From Octopus sinensis (taxonomy: Eukaryota): a stretch of DNA of 64,000 nt. Below the pieces are notes generated by a model. The model was not told the DNA's origin. It did no database searches and was given only the letters and a program-made list of their open reading frames with translations. The stretch spans positions 14,508,001-14,572,000 of the forward strand of contig NC_042997.1 in NCBI RefSeq assembly GCF_006345805.1, read 5' to 3'. Both the position numbers and the translations under genes were made by a program. Below are positions 1-13,959 of this stretch, in pieces. The stretch's first letter is position 1. The number at the start of each line of letters is the position of its first letter.

Positions 1-1162
1 CTGTTCTTATCATTCTTTGGCTGAAGAAAAAGTAGTCTATTTTAAGAGAACTTCACTAAGAATTTATAGAAAGAAATTTACAAAAATTCTCTTATTTTTT
101 CTGAAATCATTAAAATAGTAATATTTATTTGAGCGAGGTTGTTGCCAGTGCCACTGGACTGGCTCCTGTGCAGGTGGCACATAAAAAACACCATTTGAGC
201 ATGGTCGTTGCCAGTACTGCCTGACTGGCCCTTGTGCCAGTGGCACGTAAAAGCACCCACTACACTCTCGTTGTGGTTGGCATTAGAAAGGACATCCAGC
301 TGTAGAAACTATGCCAGATCAGATTGGAGCCTGGTGCAGCCATCTGGTTTGCCAGTCCTCAGTCAAATCATCCAACCCATGCTAGCATGGAAAGCAGACA
401 TTAAATGATGATGATAAACGCAGCAAGCTGGCAGAAATGTTAGTACGCCAGGCGAAATGCTTAGCAGTATTTCCTGTCTTTGCGTTCTGAGTTCAAATTC
501 TGCCGAGGTCAACTTTACCTTTCATCCTTTCAGGGTCGATAAATTAAGTACCAGTTGCATACTGGGGTCGATCTAATCGACTCCCCCCCCCACCAAAAAA
601 TATTGGCAGCTTTGCACCTAGAGTAGAAGAGAATATTTATTTAGATAAAGACTGCAAGCTAGCAGAATCATTAGTGCTCCAGGCAAAATGCTTAGTGGCA
701 TTTCGTACGTCTTTACATTCTGAGTTCATATTCCACCAAGGTCAGTCTTGCCGTTCAACCTTTCAGGGTCGATAAAATACGAGTTGAATGTTGGCGGGGG
801 AGGAGTCAATGCAATCAACTTAGCCTTCCTCTGAAATTCCTGGCCTTGCACCAAAATCTGAAACCAATATTTATTAAGGTAATGTTGTCTTCTCGTTATA
901 TAAGTATTTCTAGTGAGATTTTTTCATGTTCATTACATTAATTGTTAACACAGACTATTAACTAAGGAATTTCACAGGCATGGCTGTGTGGTAAGAAGCT
1001 TGCATCCCCACCACATGGTGCCAGGTTCAGTCTCATTGCGTGGCACCTTGGGCAAGTTCCAGGTTCAGTTCCACTGCGTGGCACCTTGGTTCTACTATAA
1101 CCTCGGGGCAACCAAAGCCTTGTGAGTGGATTCGATAGAAGGAAACTGAAAGCTCATCAAAT

Positions 1163-1213
<51 letters not shown>

Positions 1214-3299
1214 CTATTTGTGTGTCTGTGTTTGTACCCCTACCATCTCTTGACAACCAATGTTGGTGTTTATGTCCCCATAACTTAATGGTTTGGCAAA
1301 AGACACTGATAGAATAAGTACTAGGCTTACAAAGAATAAGTCCTGGGGTCGATTTGTCTGACTAAAGGCAGTGCTCCAGCATGGCCACAGTCAAATGATT
1401 GAAACAAGTAAAAGAACTAGGAAACATCCTACATGTATTTTACTGAATAAAATGTTTTATAGAATCTTTATTTCTTTTTCTTACTTTTTTTTTAATGCTG
1501 AAAATTATCAATTATATTGGCCTAAAGTAGTTATTTTAGGAGCCCCAGAAGGATGAGAGACAAACTTGGCCTCACTGGGATTTGATCTCAAAATGTAAAG
1601 GGACATAACAGAATACAGGAAGTTATTATGTTTGTACCAATTCTACCAAATCATTGTCCTTATTATTGGTTTCAAATTTTGGTACAGGACCAACAATTTT
1701 GGGGGATGGAGCAAGTCAATTATATCGACCCCAGTACTTGAGAGGTACTTCATTTTACCAACACCCACCACCACCACCACCACCAACACACACACACCAG
1801 AGTAATGAAAGGCAAAGCTAGAAGAAATGTCACTAAGATTTTGTTCCCAGTATTCTGAGTTCTGTCAGCTCACCTTAAACACTGCCCACAACATTAAGAT
1901 CTATGCAATTCATTTCCCTTAACGATGTATATATATCAATCATCATGTCATCCCTCATTGAGTGAGTTTATGATCAAAAGCATTGAAGTTGTGACCATGC
2001 CATGATTTTAGCAGGCATTGAGTATCTAGGACTATATTATCAAATGTGTCCTCTCTTTTTAGAGTAGTAGGATGTTATGTGAAGCAGATTTAGTTGATAT
2101 TTCTAGCATGAAAAGTGACCATGTAATATAGAGGATGTTTTATTGGTCTGATATTTTATATAGTTATTTAGACACAAATCAGTCTCAATTGCATAAGTCT
2201 TATAATAGTCAACCCATAATCAAAAGCATTCCATCCATGACCATCCAACTAATTTATTTTTCTCTAGCAATATTTTATTCAGACGGCTTTATGGTTTGAA
2301 AATTTGGCTGCTGATTGTAGCAAATTCATCAACTTTATAAATGTTGCCTCATTGGTTGTTATCTACTTTAAATTAGCAGATAAGTAAATTAACCATCATA
2401 AAATTTACATACATCATAAGATCATGAAGTCCAATGCCCGCATATTAAAAGCGCCATTTGAGCACTGGGCCTCACAGTCAGTGACAGGCGACTGAGACCT
2501 TTGGCGATATACCATGCTTGTAATGACCTGTCAAGCCAAGTGAGATTGTAGTCGTGGTGGAAGTGAGTGTCACATCAATGGCACCTGTGCCAGCAGCACA
2601 TAAAAAGCACCCATTATATTCCCAGCTTATCAGGTTTTAGTCAAAGCACCCAACCCATGCCAGCATGGAAAGTGGACATTAAATGATGATCATCATCATT
2701 ATCATCATCATTTCATGTTCACTTTCTAGGCTGGTATGGGTCAGATGGTTCAACCCAATCCAATAAGCTGAAGGATTGTGCTTTCCTCAACATCTCAATT
2801 TTGGTATACCTTCTTATTTCTTTATTGTCCGCAAAGGGCTACACGCAGAGGGGACAAACAAGGACAGACAAACAGATTAAGTTGATTATATTGACTCCAA
2901 TGCATAACTGGTACTTAATTTATCGACCCCGAAATGATGAAAGGCAAAGTCGACCTCGGCGGAATTTGAACTCAGACCGTAACAGCAGAAGAAATACCTA
3001 TTTCTTTACTACCCATAAGGGGCTAAACACAGAGGGGGACAAACAAGGACAGACAAACGGATTAAGTCGATTATATCGACCCCAGTGTGTAACTGGTACT
3101 TATTTAATCGACTCCAAAAGGATGAAAGGCAAAGTCGACCTCGGCGGAATTTGAACTCAGAACATAGCAGCAGACGAAATACCGCTAAGCATTTTGCCCG
3201 ATGTGCTAACGTTTCTGCCAGCTCTATACTTTCTACAGCTGTAAACCTTTTCTGTGCTTATCACTGTACAGCATGCACTGGGTATGTGGTGGTTAAATA

Positions 3300-4235
3300 C
3301 GTGTTAGTCCTTAAATATATGGAAGGACTTACAAATGATCAAAAACAAATATTGGCAATAAACAGCAGCAATCAAAATTGGAAATGAAATAGGGCAATAC
3401 GAAAAATAATTAAGAGAGGTGTAAAACAGGTGCATGTATTATCAGCTGAGCTGTTTTTATCATACAGTGAATCAATTATGCAATCTATTGGGTATCTGCC
3501 AGATAATGGACAAAACATCAATAGTATGTTATACAAAAGACAAGGTGCCTATAGCAACAAAGAGGAAGATCTGCAAACATTTGTTAGTGTTATTAACGAT
3601 GAGAGTGAATAGAAAGGTTTAGTTCTCAACAAAGAAAAAAAAAAGGTAATCTCAAAAAAAAAAAAATTGGCAAAATAAGAATTAACAGAACAACCTTATA
3701 TTAAGCTGATAGTTTTAATTATTTAAGCATTATCATTATAGCTAGATGAGAAAAAACATCAAAGAAATTAAGTCAAAGATTGGAAAGGTCAATGGTGAAA
3801 TCAAACATATATTGTCAAATGAATTAGGAACCACAGATAGAACCCATCTTTACATATGGTTGTGTGATCTGAAACATCAAGAGACAAGTGGAAAAAGTTT
3901 ATCAGTGCTGTAGAGGTATTTCCATAGAAGAATGCTGAAAGTGTCATTTGCAGATGGAGTGATAAATATTGAGGTCCTGAGATGAATAGAGACCACCAGT
4001 TAGCTTCTTAACAATAGGTTTAGTTCATAAGACACTATATGGGCGGGGTGAAAAAGCTTGAATACTTGGTGACAATCAAGAAACTGAAAAGGAAAATCCA
4101 GGGAAGACAGTGAGAGAAGTTACTTGATGGTCTTAATAGTTGGCTTCAGGAAGACTGGTCTAATAATGTGCTATGTGTGGGACAAGAGACATTGAGATTC
4201 ATCATCACTAACGCCTATAGACATGTCATGTGAAG
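3300..4235 (+). mobile_element. RTE-clade LINE RT fragments
   Basis: RGV..G.VLS.ELF..YSE.IM..G.NIN and YGC..RRMLK..D.V.N.EVL motifs, heavily decayed. Confidence 0.7.
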
Positions 4236-5608
4236 AGGGGTAGGTTAAATATTATGTAATGTAATAGGTACATTTCTCCACTTCTACATATTTATTTCAT
4301 TAGTGCCCACAAAGGGGGCTAATCATAGAGGGGACAAACAAGGACAGGCAAAGGGATTAAGCTGATTAAATTGACCCCAGTGCGTAACTGGTACTTATTT
4401 AATCGACTATGAAATAAGTATCAGTTAAGCACTGGGGTCAATGTGATCTACTAGCCCCATTCCACAAAATTTCAGGCCTTGTGCCTATAGTAAAGGAATT
4501 ACAAATTCATTTATATTCATATGAATATTTGTACTCATGAAATCTGTATTCCATGGAGTGTTGAAACACACGTTAACTAAAGAATTACAGGTAATTTCTC
4601 CAAATCCCACTCTTCAATGTAACAGACATAGTGATACTAATAACCTGGTGTTAGAACTCAATAAAAGACACTTACACAAGATACCAAGAAGTGGGACTGA
4701 ACTAAAAACCATTTGGTTGCAATGCAAGCTTCTTAACCACATAGCCATGCCTGCAATTAATTCTAATTAAAGGTCTAGCATAGTCCCTTTGCTCTTTACT
4801 TTAATTGACAAATATTTTTTGACTTTCAAGGACAGCAAGCAAACAGAATCGTTAACATGGCAAGTAAAATGCTTCACAAAATTTCATTTGTCTTTATGTT
4901 CCGCGCTCAAATTTTACCTTTGCTTTCTATCCTTTCAGAGTTGATGACATACACACCTGTTGAGCACTGGGGTCGATGTCATTGACTTACCCACCACCCC
5001 AAAGTTGCTGACGTTGTTCCAAAATTTTAATCTTTATTTCTTCATTTTCTATGCTCTGATACTCAGTTCTTATTTTATCAATTCCCAAAACAAAAGACAA
5101 AGTTAACTTTGGTAGGATTTGAATTCAGAAATGAGAGCAACAAAACTAAGTATTTCTATGATCTTTTAAGCCTTAGTGCATTTGACACCCATCATTATGA
5201 AAATGTTTCTGACAAGGTCAAAAGGCAAATTTTCCAGCAGATTTATAAAATCAACTGAATTATATTTGTGGTTATGAAGCTTGCATTACAACCCAAGTGG
5301 TTTCTAGCTCAATCCCACTTCTTGGCACTTTGTGTAAGTGTCCTCTAATATACCCTGGGCCAACCAATGTCTTGTGAATCAATTTGGTAGAAGGAAGCTT
5401 TATACATATATCTATATATAAAAAATTAACTGAATTATATTTGCCAGTGTTTCCCAAAGTAAGTTCCATGAAAAAATTCTGGGGTTCCACAAAATAAGGT
5501 ATCTTTATAAAATTTAATGAAAATTCATCTTCTATAAAAAATAGTATTTACTATTCTCAGACTTTATATATTTATTTTTACTTGTGGCCATGCTAGGACA
5601 CCAACTTG

Positions 5609-5646
<38 letters not shown>

Positions 5647-5699
5647 TATATATATAAAATATATCATTGTTCATCATCATCGTTTAACGTCCGATATAT

Positions 5700-5751
<52 letters not shown>

Positions 5752-5792
5752 AAATATATCATCGTTCATCATCATCGTTTAACGTCCGATAT

Positions 5793-5825
<33 letters not shown>

Positions 5826-5828
5826 AAT

Positions 5829-5861
<33 letters not shown>

Positions 5862-5901
5862 ATATATATATATATAAATATAATATATATATATATATAT
5901 A

Positions 5902-5953
<52 letters not shown>

Positions 5954-6021
5954 AATATATATATATTAAATATATATATATATATAAATATATATATATA
6001 ATATAAATATATATATAATAT

Positions 6022-6087
<66 letters not shown>

Positions 6088-6090
<3 letters not shown>

Positions 6091-6388
6091 AGAATTTATA
6101 AAAAAACAAAAGACAAAGACAGGTGGTGTAGACAACAAACAGGTGTATTAGTTTAACACTCAGGAAGTGGAATGTCTTTAACGTTTCGAGCCTACGCTCT
6201 TCCATAGAAAGGAACAAGGAGAGAAAATAAAGAATGTGTAGTGGCTAGTGACCTATCATATATATAATTTACAGGAAGTTAGTTATATAGTCGGTCATAT
6301 GTTTGTCTATATGTTCAGTTATAATAAAAACAATTTTACATTAATTATAGGTTACTCTATATTTTTGCAGAGTAACAAATAAACAAGA

Positions 6389-6432
<44 letters not shown>

Positions 6433-6588
6433 GTATGTGTGTGTATGTATATATATATAAATATATAAATATATATATAATATAAATATATATATATATA
6501 TATAAATATATATATATATAAATATATATATTATATATATAATATATATATATATAATATATATATATAATAAATATATATATATATA

Positions 6589-6620
<32 letters not shown>

Positions 6621-6686
6621 AATATATATATATAATAAATATATATATATATAAAATATATATATATAATAAATATATATATATAA

Positions 6687-6718
<32 letters not shown>

Positions 6719-7020
6719 GGGAGAATTTATAAAAAAACAAAAGACAAAGACAGGTGGTGTAGACAACAAACAGGTGTATTAGTTTAACACTCAGGAAGTG
6801 GAAATGTCTTTAACGTTTCGAGCCTACGCTCTTCCATAGAAAGGAACAAGGAGAGAAAATAAAGAATGTGTAGTGGCTAGTGACCTATCATATATATAAT
6901 TTACAGGAAGTTAGTTATATAGTCGGTCATATGTTTGTCTATATGTTCAGTTATAATAAAAACAATTTTACATTAATTATAGGTTACTCTATATTTTTGC
7001 AGAGTAACAAATAAACAAGA

Positions 7021-7021
<1 letters not shown>
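6088..7021. repeat. Near-identical tandem duplication (period 632 bp) embedded in (TA)n arrays
   Basis: Unique parts 6088-6388 and 6719-7021 differ by one visible indel. Confidence 0.9.
6176..6211 (-). ncRNA. Hammerhead-like motif with variant core (second copy at 6808-6843)
   Basis: Minus strand: cuuu-CUAUGGAA-GAGC(guag)GCUC-GAA-ACGU-U-aaag. All three helices are in register but the core deviates from CUGANGA. Confidence 0.4.
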
Positions 7022-7064
<43 letters not shown>

Positions 7065-7098
7065 GTATGTGTGTGTATGTATATATATATAAATATAT

Positions 7099-7170
<72 letters not shown>

Positions 7171-7172
<2 letters not shown>

Positions 7173-7560
7173 CGCAGGAGTGGCTGTGTGGTAAGTAGCT
7201 TGCTAACCAACCACATGGTTCCGGGTTCAGTCCCATTGCGTGGTATCTTGGGCAAGTGTCTTCTGCTATAGCCCCGGGCCGACCAATGCCTTGTGAGTGG
7301 ATTTGGTAGACGGAAACTGAAAGAAGCTTGTCGTATATATGTATATATATATATGTGTGTGTTTGTGTGTCTGCGTTTGTCCCCCTAGCATTGTTTGACA
7401 ACCGATGCTGGTATGTTTACGTCCCCGTCACTTAGCAGTTTGGCAAAAGAATAAGTACTGGGCTTACAAAGAATAAGTCCCGGGGTCGATTTGCTCGACT
7501 AAAGGCGGTGCTCCAGCATGGCCGCAGTCAAATGACTGAAACAAGTAAAAGAGTAAAGAG
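7171..7560 (+). mobile_element. tRNA-derived SINE family A (CORE-like ccttgggcaag, internal TA/TG microsatellite, AAAAGAGT tail). Other copies at about 975-1415, 28765-29160(-), 29975-30375(-), 30703-31117, 41775-42185, 57290-57615(-), 58420-58795, 61518-61955.
   Basis: Pol III A/B-box-like head and many near-identical copies on both strands. Confidence 0.9.
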
Positions 7561-7598
7561 TATATATATATATGTATGTATGTATGTATATATGTATG

Positions 7599-7632
<34 letters not shown>

Positions 7633-7971
7633 TGTTTGTATACAGGGGTTGTTGTGGACGTTAGCCAAGGGTTCAACAACAAAATAGTTTGGAAATTACA
7701 GTTCAATAATATTGATTTCCCACTTAGGTACAAGGTCATACATTTCAGGAGAGGACAATCGATTTAATAGACACTTGGCCGGTGTTTAATTCCATCAACA
7801 CCCTGAAAGATCAATGATAAAATTGACCTTCGCAAGGGTCGAAAACAGAAGGTAAAGGGACTAAAATAAACACTGCAGAGCACTTCCTCCGTCGCCCAAC
7901 TTTTTCTGTTAAACCGCCGTCCACTGCCCTTTCTCTAAATGTTATTTTTAAAGTCGTTAAATGAAAATATA

Positions 7972-8369
7972 TCTTTATATATAAAAGTCAAGTTGTGTGT
8001 CTGTCTCCTACGATTTAGATTCCTAACTACTCCCACATTTTGCGGTGCAGTGTAACCAAAAGCGGGTATCTTATAGTCATGATTCATATCGAGCCCTTCT
8101 GGGTATTAGCGCGCGTCTACGATGAGTCTACGATTTTAAAAATAATTTACCATAATTTTTTTTCCATTTTAATGCATTTTTTCGATATTATATAAGGGAA
8201 GTAATTCTCTAAAAATGTCTACGATGAGTCAACGATTTAAAAAAATATTTACCATCATTTTTTTCCGTTTTTAATGCACTTTTTTGCTATTTTTTGGCTA
8301 TAACTCTCTAAAAATGCTTATATAGTTATTTCCCTTACAAACCCGAGCAACGCCGGGCGATACTGCTAG
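7972..8369 (+). mobile_element. Non-autonomous Helitron
   Basis: A|TC start, 3' hairpin CCCG-agcaacgc-CGGG, CTAG|T end; same family as 35195. Confidence 0.85.
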
Positions 8370-9763
8370 TAAAAATATAATTTAAAAACTTGAGGTTTGT
8401 ATAGCATAGAAAACACTACAAAGCAATAACGAATTCAAACATTAGCAGACGGCCAGAAATTTAGCGTGGGAAGACAGTTAACTGAACCACCCCCACTTAT
8501 AACTCTTTCCACCACGCAACAGCATCGACTCTCATCCCGAGAATGATTGAGTTAAAGGCAATGCAACTATAAGTGAAGTGTCCCAGTCCGGCTGGCTTAG
8601 TAGCGTGTAGAGTCTTCTTTTATAATTCTACCGTCCCACTAGTCTATAAATTGCTTGTGTTAGCAAAGAGTGTAGTGTTCCATCATAATTCCATTTTATA
8701 AGGATATTAAAATTGAACCAAGTAATTTAACCCTGGTACTCGTTTTAAAGATGTCCTGATGGAGAAAAGACTCAAGAGGGTAGAATGGCAGAACCGTTAG
8801 AGAGTCGGACAACATACCTGGCAATATTTAGTTATAGCCTTTTTTACGTTCTGAGATCAAATTCTGCCTGGGTCAACTTTGTCTTTCATCCTTATGGGCT
8901 CGATAAAACAATGTACCCGTTCATATTTCTGTAAAACATCTTAGATGTGAATGGAATTAAGTGGAAGACTAAACATAGGGATTGGGACACAGAAGGGAAA
9001 ATTATGCAGCCATGTATCGCAAAGCAGCATTGACGGGACATTACAGCACTTTAGATACTACACACCCTAAAATAAATTGCATCAAAAGAATATAAATGGT
9101 TCGTAACAGACACAATTTTTGAGACGTAGGGGACATATCAACTTTGCCACTTCACATAAATTTAACATATTTCACAATAACCGAAAGAACGAACCCCCAC
9201 TTGGTCACTGCTAGAAACAACAGCCAAATCTCAATGAACAACTTACCAGTGTTAAGAGGGGGGAACAAGCTGAGGAATGAAGATCATGAATAAAGATGGT
9301 CACACCTTTGATTATAGATAGGTCTGCTCGATCACCGCTGGCCTCGGGCTAACCAGCACATTAAAATTACATTGTAGTATTTTTTTTATTAACAAACCGA
9401 AAACTCAGGGAGCTTCTTTCGGTTTGCTTTTATTTTTATTTTATTTTTTTGCATTTCATCGAACGATTAAGAAATGTTTTTTAATCTTTTTTTTTTTTTG
9501 TTACTCGTAAAATTTCCGCAAGTAATAATTTACAATTTTTTAAAAAAAGCATTTCTTCAATTCGATTTATAAATTTGAAAATGTATCGCTTATTAAAAAA
9601 TATTTCTTAATTAATCGGAAATGCTTGTTCATGTGTAAGTGTCTAACAATAAAATAGTACATATAATAATAATAATAATAATATAATAATAATAAACAGA
9701 ATCTTTTTTTTTAATTCTCAGACTTTATCTGACATTTTTTTTTTTGTTAGATCACAGAAAAAG

Positions 9764-10083
<320 letters not shown>

Positions 10084-12147
10084 TAATTAATATACAGTGA
10101 TTAATACAATGAATGGGTTAGTAAGGAAAACATTTACCAAACACAAAATATTAGTGGAGTAATGTCTATTTGATATATCTTCGCTTCTCTCGATTAAATC
10201 TGAAGCTGTATGTATCATTTGGGGAAACAAATAATCCATCAGAATGACATTTTGAAATGTAGATACAAGAAAAATTCATGTTTTTTTCTTTCTTTTAAAT
10301 GTAAAAGATCAAACGTTTGTTAGTATAAACATTGTTAATAAAATATTTTCAGAACTTATATGACACCGGTATCGATCGCCTACACGGTGTAAGTTTAGAA
10401 ACAGGCTCCCAACTGAATTTATTACTATGTATGTTAATTCAGTTTCAATATGTTTATTACGGATGTAGAATGTTTAATGCCAGCAACATGGAAACAAAGA
10501 TAACGAGAAATATAAGATTAAAGATTAGGATAGTGTGTGTGTCCGTTATTGACTTGCGATTTAAAAAAAAAAAAGAATTTACTTTAACAATTAACATATC
10601 AGACAAATCTGGACATGTCTTATCTCGACCTCATAACCTTCCTTATGCCTGCTGAAGAAGTGAAGGAATCACAAGATTAAAACTGGTTATTTATCCCTTT
10701 CCACTTCCTCTGATGTTAAGTTCTCCCAAAAAGCATTCACAGAAGAAACAGCTTTAGATTGGCTGCATGAGAATTTTGTATTTTACCCTAGCAATTTTCA
10801 AATATTTATATTAATGGCAAAAATATTCTATTTAATGAATATATATTTCTTTATTGCCCACAAGGGTCTAAACACAGAGAGGACAGACAAAGGGATTAAG
10901 TCGATTACATCGATCCCAGTGCGTAACTGGTACTTAATTTATCGACCCCGAAAGAATGAAAGGTAAAGTCGACCTCGGCGGAACTTGAACTCACAACGTA
11001 ACGGCAGACGAAATACGGCTATGCATTTCGCCCGGCGTGCTAACGTTTCTGCCAGCTAACGACTAATAAAATATTTATAATATCTATAGTACAGTGAGTT
11101 CCACCCTTTTCCCATTTGTCTACCCATCAGTTATTCATCATCAGCATCATCATTTAACATCCGCCTCCCATGTTGGCGTGGGTGGAATGGTTTGACAGGA
11201 GCCAGCCAGGCAGAAGCCTGCACCACACTTCTGTGACAGTTTCGACAGGATTTTTACAGCTGGATGCCCTTCCTAACACCAACCACCCAGTAGAGCGGTT
11301 TTTGGGTACACAAAATTTAGTTGATAATTGAATAGAAACAATAGCATGCAAATTTTTTTATATGATTTCCATTTATAATAATAAATCTTGGTTGAATATA
11401 GTGTTTAATTACAAGTTCTTGAGGAGACCTATTGAGTCAAGTATGTCAACACCAACATCAAAATAAAAATCAAACGGAAATTGCAGTTGTGATACCCATG
11501 CTGGTGGCACGTAAAAAGCACCCACTACACTCACTGAGTGGTTGGTGTTAGGAAGGGCATCCAGCTGTAGAAACACTGCCAGATCAGACTGGAGCCTGGT
11601 GCAGCCTCCTGGCTTCCCAGACCCTGGTCGAACCATCCAACCCATGCTAGCATGGAAAGCGGACGTTAAACGATGATGATGATGATGATTGTCATACATG
11701 AAATAAAATAAAATAATAGGTTACAACTCAGATATGTGAGAGACTTCATGGTTAAGCTGGATTGTTGATCTTGTAGACAAAGCTGATGCACTGTTTGGTA
11801 GTGTGTAGAGGCAATCATTGGTCTGTTGGTCATGTGGTGTTCATACAGCAATGATGTAGGTGAGTGTCTGGTGGAGGTGAAAGCAGAGACTGGCTGGCGT
11901 CTGATACATCGTTGTCTAAGACGAGTTGCGTGTGGTCAGTGGTGTGCCAAAGACCAAGAGCAGTTGGGAACTGTCGTTCTTATAGAGATCAGTAGGCTCT
12001 TAGAGCTGGTGATTAATTTCCCGCGTAAGGAAAAACGAACTGTTGCACCAACACGATTGGGCGACTGGAAACTGACCAATACAAACAAGTACAGCTAATC
12101 ACGAGGTCATGTGACCTGCTGGAACAAAAAGGCTGGGTATTTAAGCC

Positions 12148-13069
12148 TGTGGGGATGAGCCAGAAGAAGAGGGCCATGATGTCAATAATCAAGGGACTGA
12201 CCGGAAGCGGAAGTATGAGAAGGGAAGTGAGGGGGAGACAGGACAGGGTTATCCTCTTTCCACAGGATAAGGACACCTTCCTTAATCCACCTCTCTACCT
12301 CTTCTTCAAACTTGCCCCACTGATCTCAAAGATCACCTTCTCACTTCACTCCATGCTGAAATCTACTACCCACCCAGGTGGGCACCTTGCACATTGTGAT
12401 CTTAAGCTGGGAACTTCATTCTCTTCCTCTTCTCCACAATCATCAACCAATGAAGCGACAATCCAATGAACATCCAAGACATGACGTGGCATTCCATCCA
12501 CAGTTTTGGAATTGACAGCTGTCACTATTCCTCTGTTCCACTGAGTTGAGCAGCGTGCCTTTGGTGGCTTGACCCAGACTTCATCTCCCACCTCTACGAA
12601 GTTGGCCCCTCTCTCTTCTACAGGGTATCTTAATGGTTTACTCAGATGCCGCCATTCATATTTGAATATTACTCTATGTGGCATGAACTCTTCGGCCTGT
12701 CCTGATTGGGGCAACATATTGTACCTGAACACCACTTCCGGTGGTGAGACATGTCCCCTCTCCGCCACAGCCTTGATTATTCAATGATGTCTCTCCACAA
12801 TCCCATTTCACCTCGACCTGTATGCTGCTCTGAAAAAGTGGTGCACTTTCCACCTGCCAAGCATCTCCTTCAGCACCTCTGAACAAAATGCTATGCTGTT
12901 GTTCATCAGCAATTGATCCACAGGGCCCCAATCTAAGAATACCTCATTTAGAATACATGCCATCTTGTCCGCAGTGCCTGTTCTCAATTCCCTCCTCCTC
13001 ATGCTTCCTCTTCCAGTCAGTCCTTTGACCATTGACGTCATGGCCCTCTTCTTCTGGCTCATCCCCACA
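12148..13069 (-). mobile_element. TIR-bounded element with a disrupted Gypsy-type integrase fragment (Ginger-like)
   Basis: TGTGGGGATGAGCC...GGCTCATCCCCACA ends, about 90-bp imperfect TIRs, TSD AAGCC at 12143-12147 and 13070-13074. Integrase text: GPVDQLLMNN..F.S...RAAYR..GIVERHH and VGDEVWVKPP..C.TQW. Confidence 0.85.
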
Positions 13070-13508
13070 AAGCCTAAGCAACCATGATGAAAATATCTCA
13101 TACATAATGACACTGTAAATCAATACTGCTACACGTGCATGGTGACTTTGTTTAAAATGGAGAAGAGTCGAGCATCATCAACCTCATTCTCTTGTTTGTG
13201 AACATCTAAGGTCCAGTGACAAGACCAGGTCAAGACGACAAAGGATGGAGAAAGATGCACTGGATGACCAAGATGTCTTACTTGCCACATCTTGCTCTCT
13301 GCAAAGAAACGTTATTGTTCCACATGTATTTCTGCACCTGTACAAGGGGGTGCTGTACGTAAAAGAAAATAGAGGAGGATCAGCTAATTGTAATTTTATT
13401 CAACATATTCCCCTCACAGATTTATACACCTATTGCAGCAACCTTTCAGTTTTTCTAAGACCTGTAAAAGAACTCAGAAGGTTAGGGCCTCCAACTAGGA
13501 CTTCCACA

Positions 13509-13736
13509 AAACCCTTTTGTTACCATATTTCTGTTGAGATGCTCTGTTTCTTTCAATTAATTTTAAATATAACAAAGAATTTAGTGAAATAACTTAGTTA
13601 TCATTAAGCTAGTGTTAGGAACATAAATTGTGACTAAAGTTTGGTGGAAGATTTTAATTCAAAACTTACAGAAACAAGACATTTGTACTACAGATCCACG
13701 GGCGGTTTCAGCCGGGTTGGTATCGAAAGGGTTAAA
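13509..13736. mobile_element. piggyBac-type MITE (related decayed copy at about 40750-40980)
   Basis: aaccctttt...gaaagggTTAA ends. Confidence 0.6.
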
Positions 13737-13959
13737 GTTAGGAACTTTTCAGCACCCCCTCTTACTACCTACTTTCTCTTTAACCAATTACAGTAAAATG
13801 TGATCAAACCTAAGAATTACCAATGTTTAAGTAAACCATTTTAGCATCAGGCGCAAACTGCACATGTAAAAATCTCCTGGTGTGCATATGTACTGAAAAA
13901 AGAAAATTCATCCTAAATTTCTCTACTGCATAAGCTGTAAAACTATGAACTTGTATTTC

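Larger units (their letters stand above)
5590..7170. repeat. Long interrupted (TA)n arrays
   Basis: Direct observation. Confidence 0.95.

Noticed and set aside
5779-7401. Many YIYI-repeat ORFs (also 34275-34748)
   Set aside because: Translations of (TA)n microsatellite, not genes.
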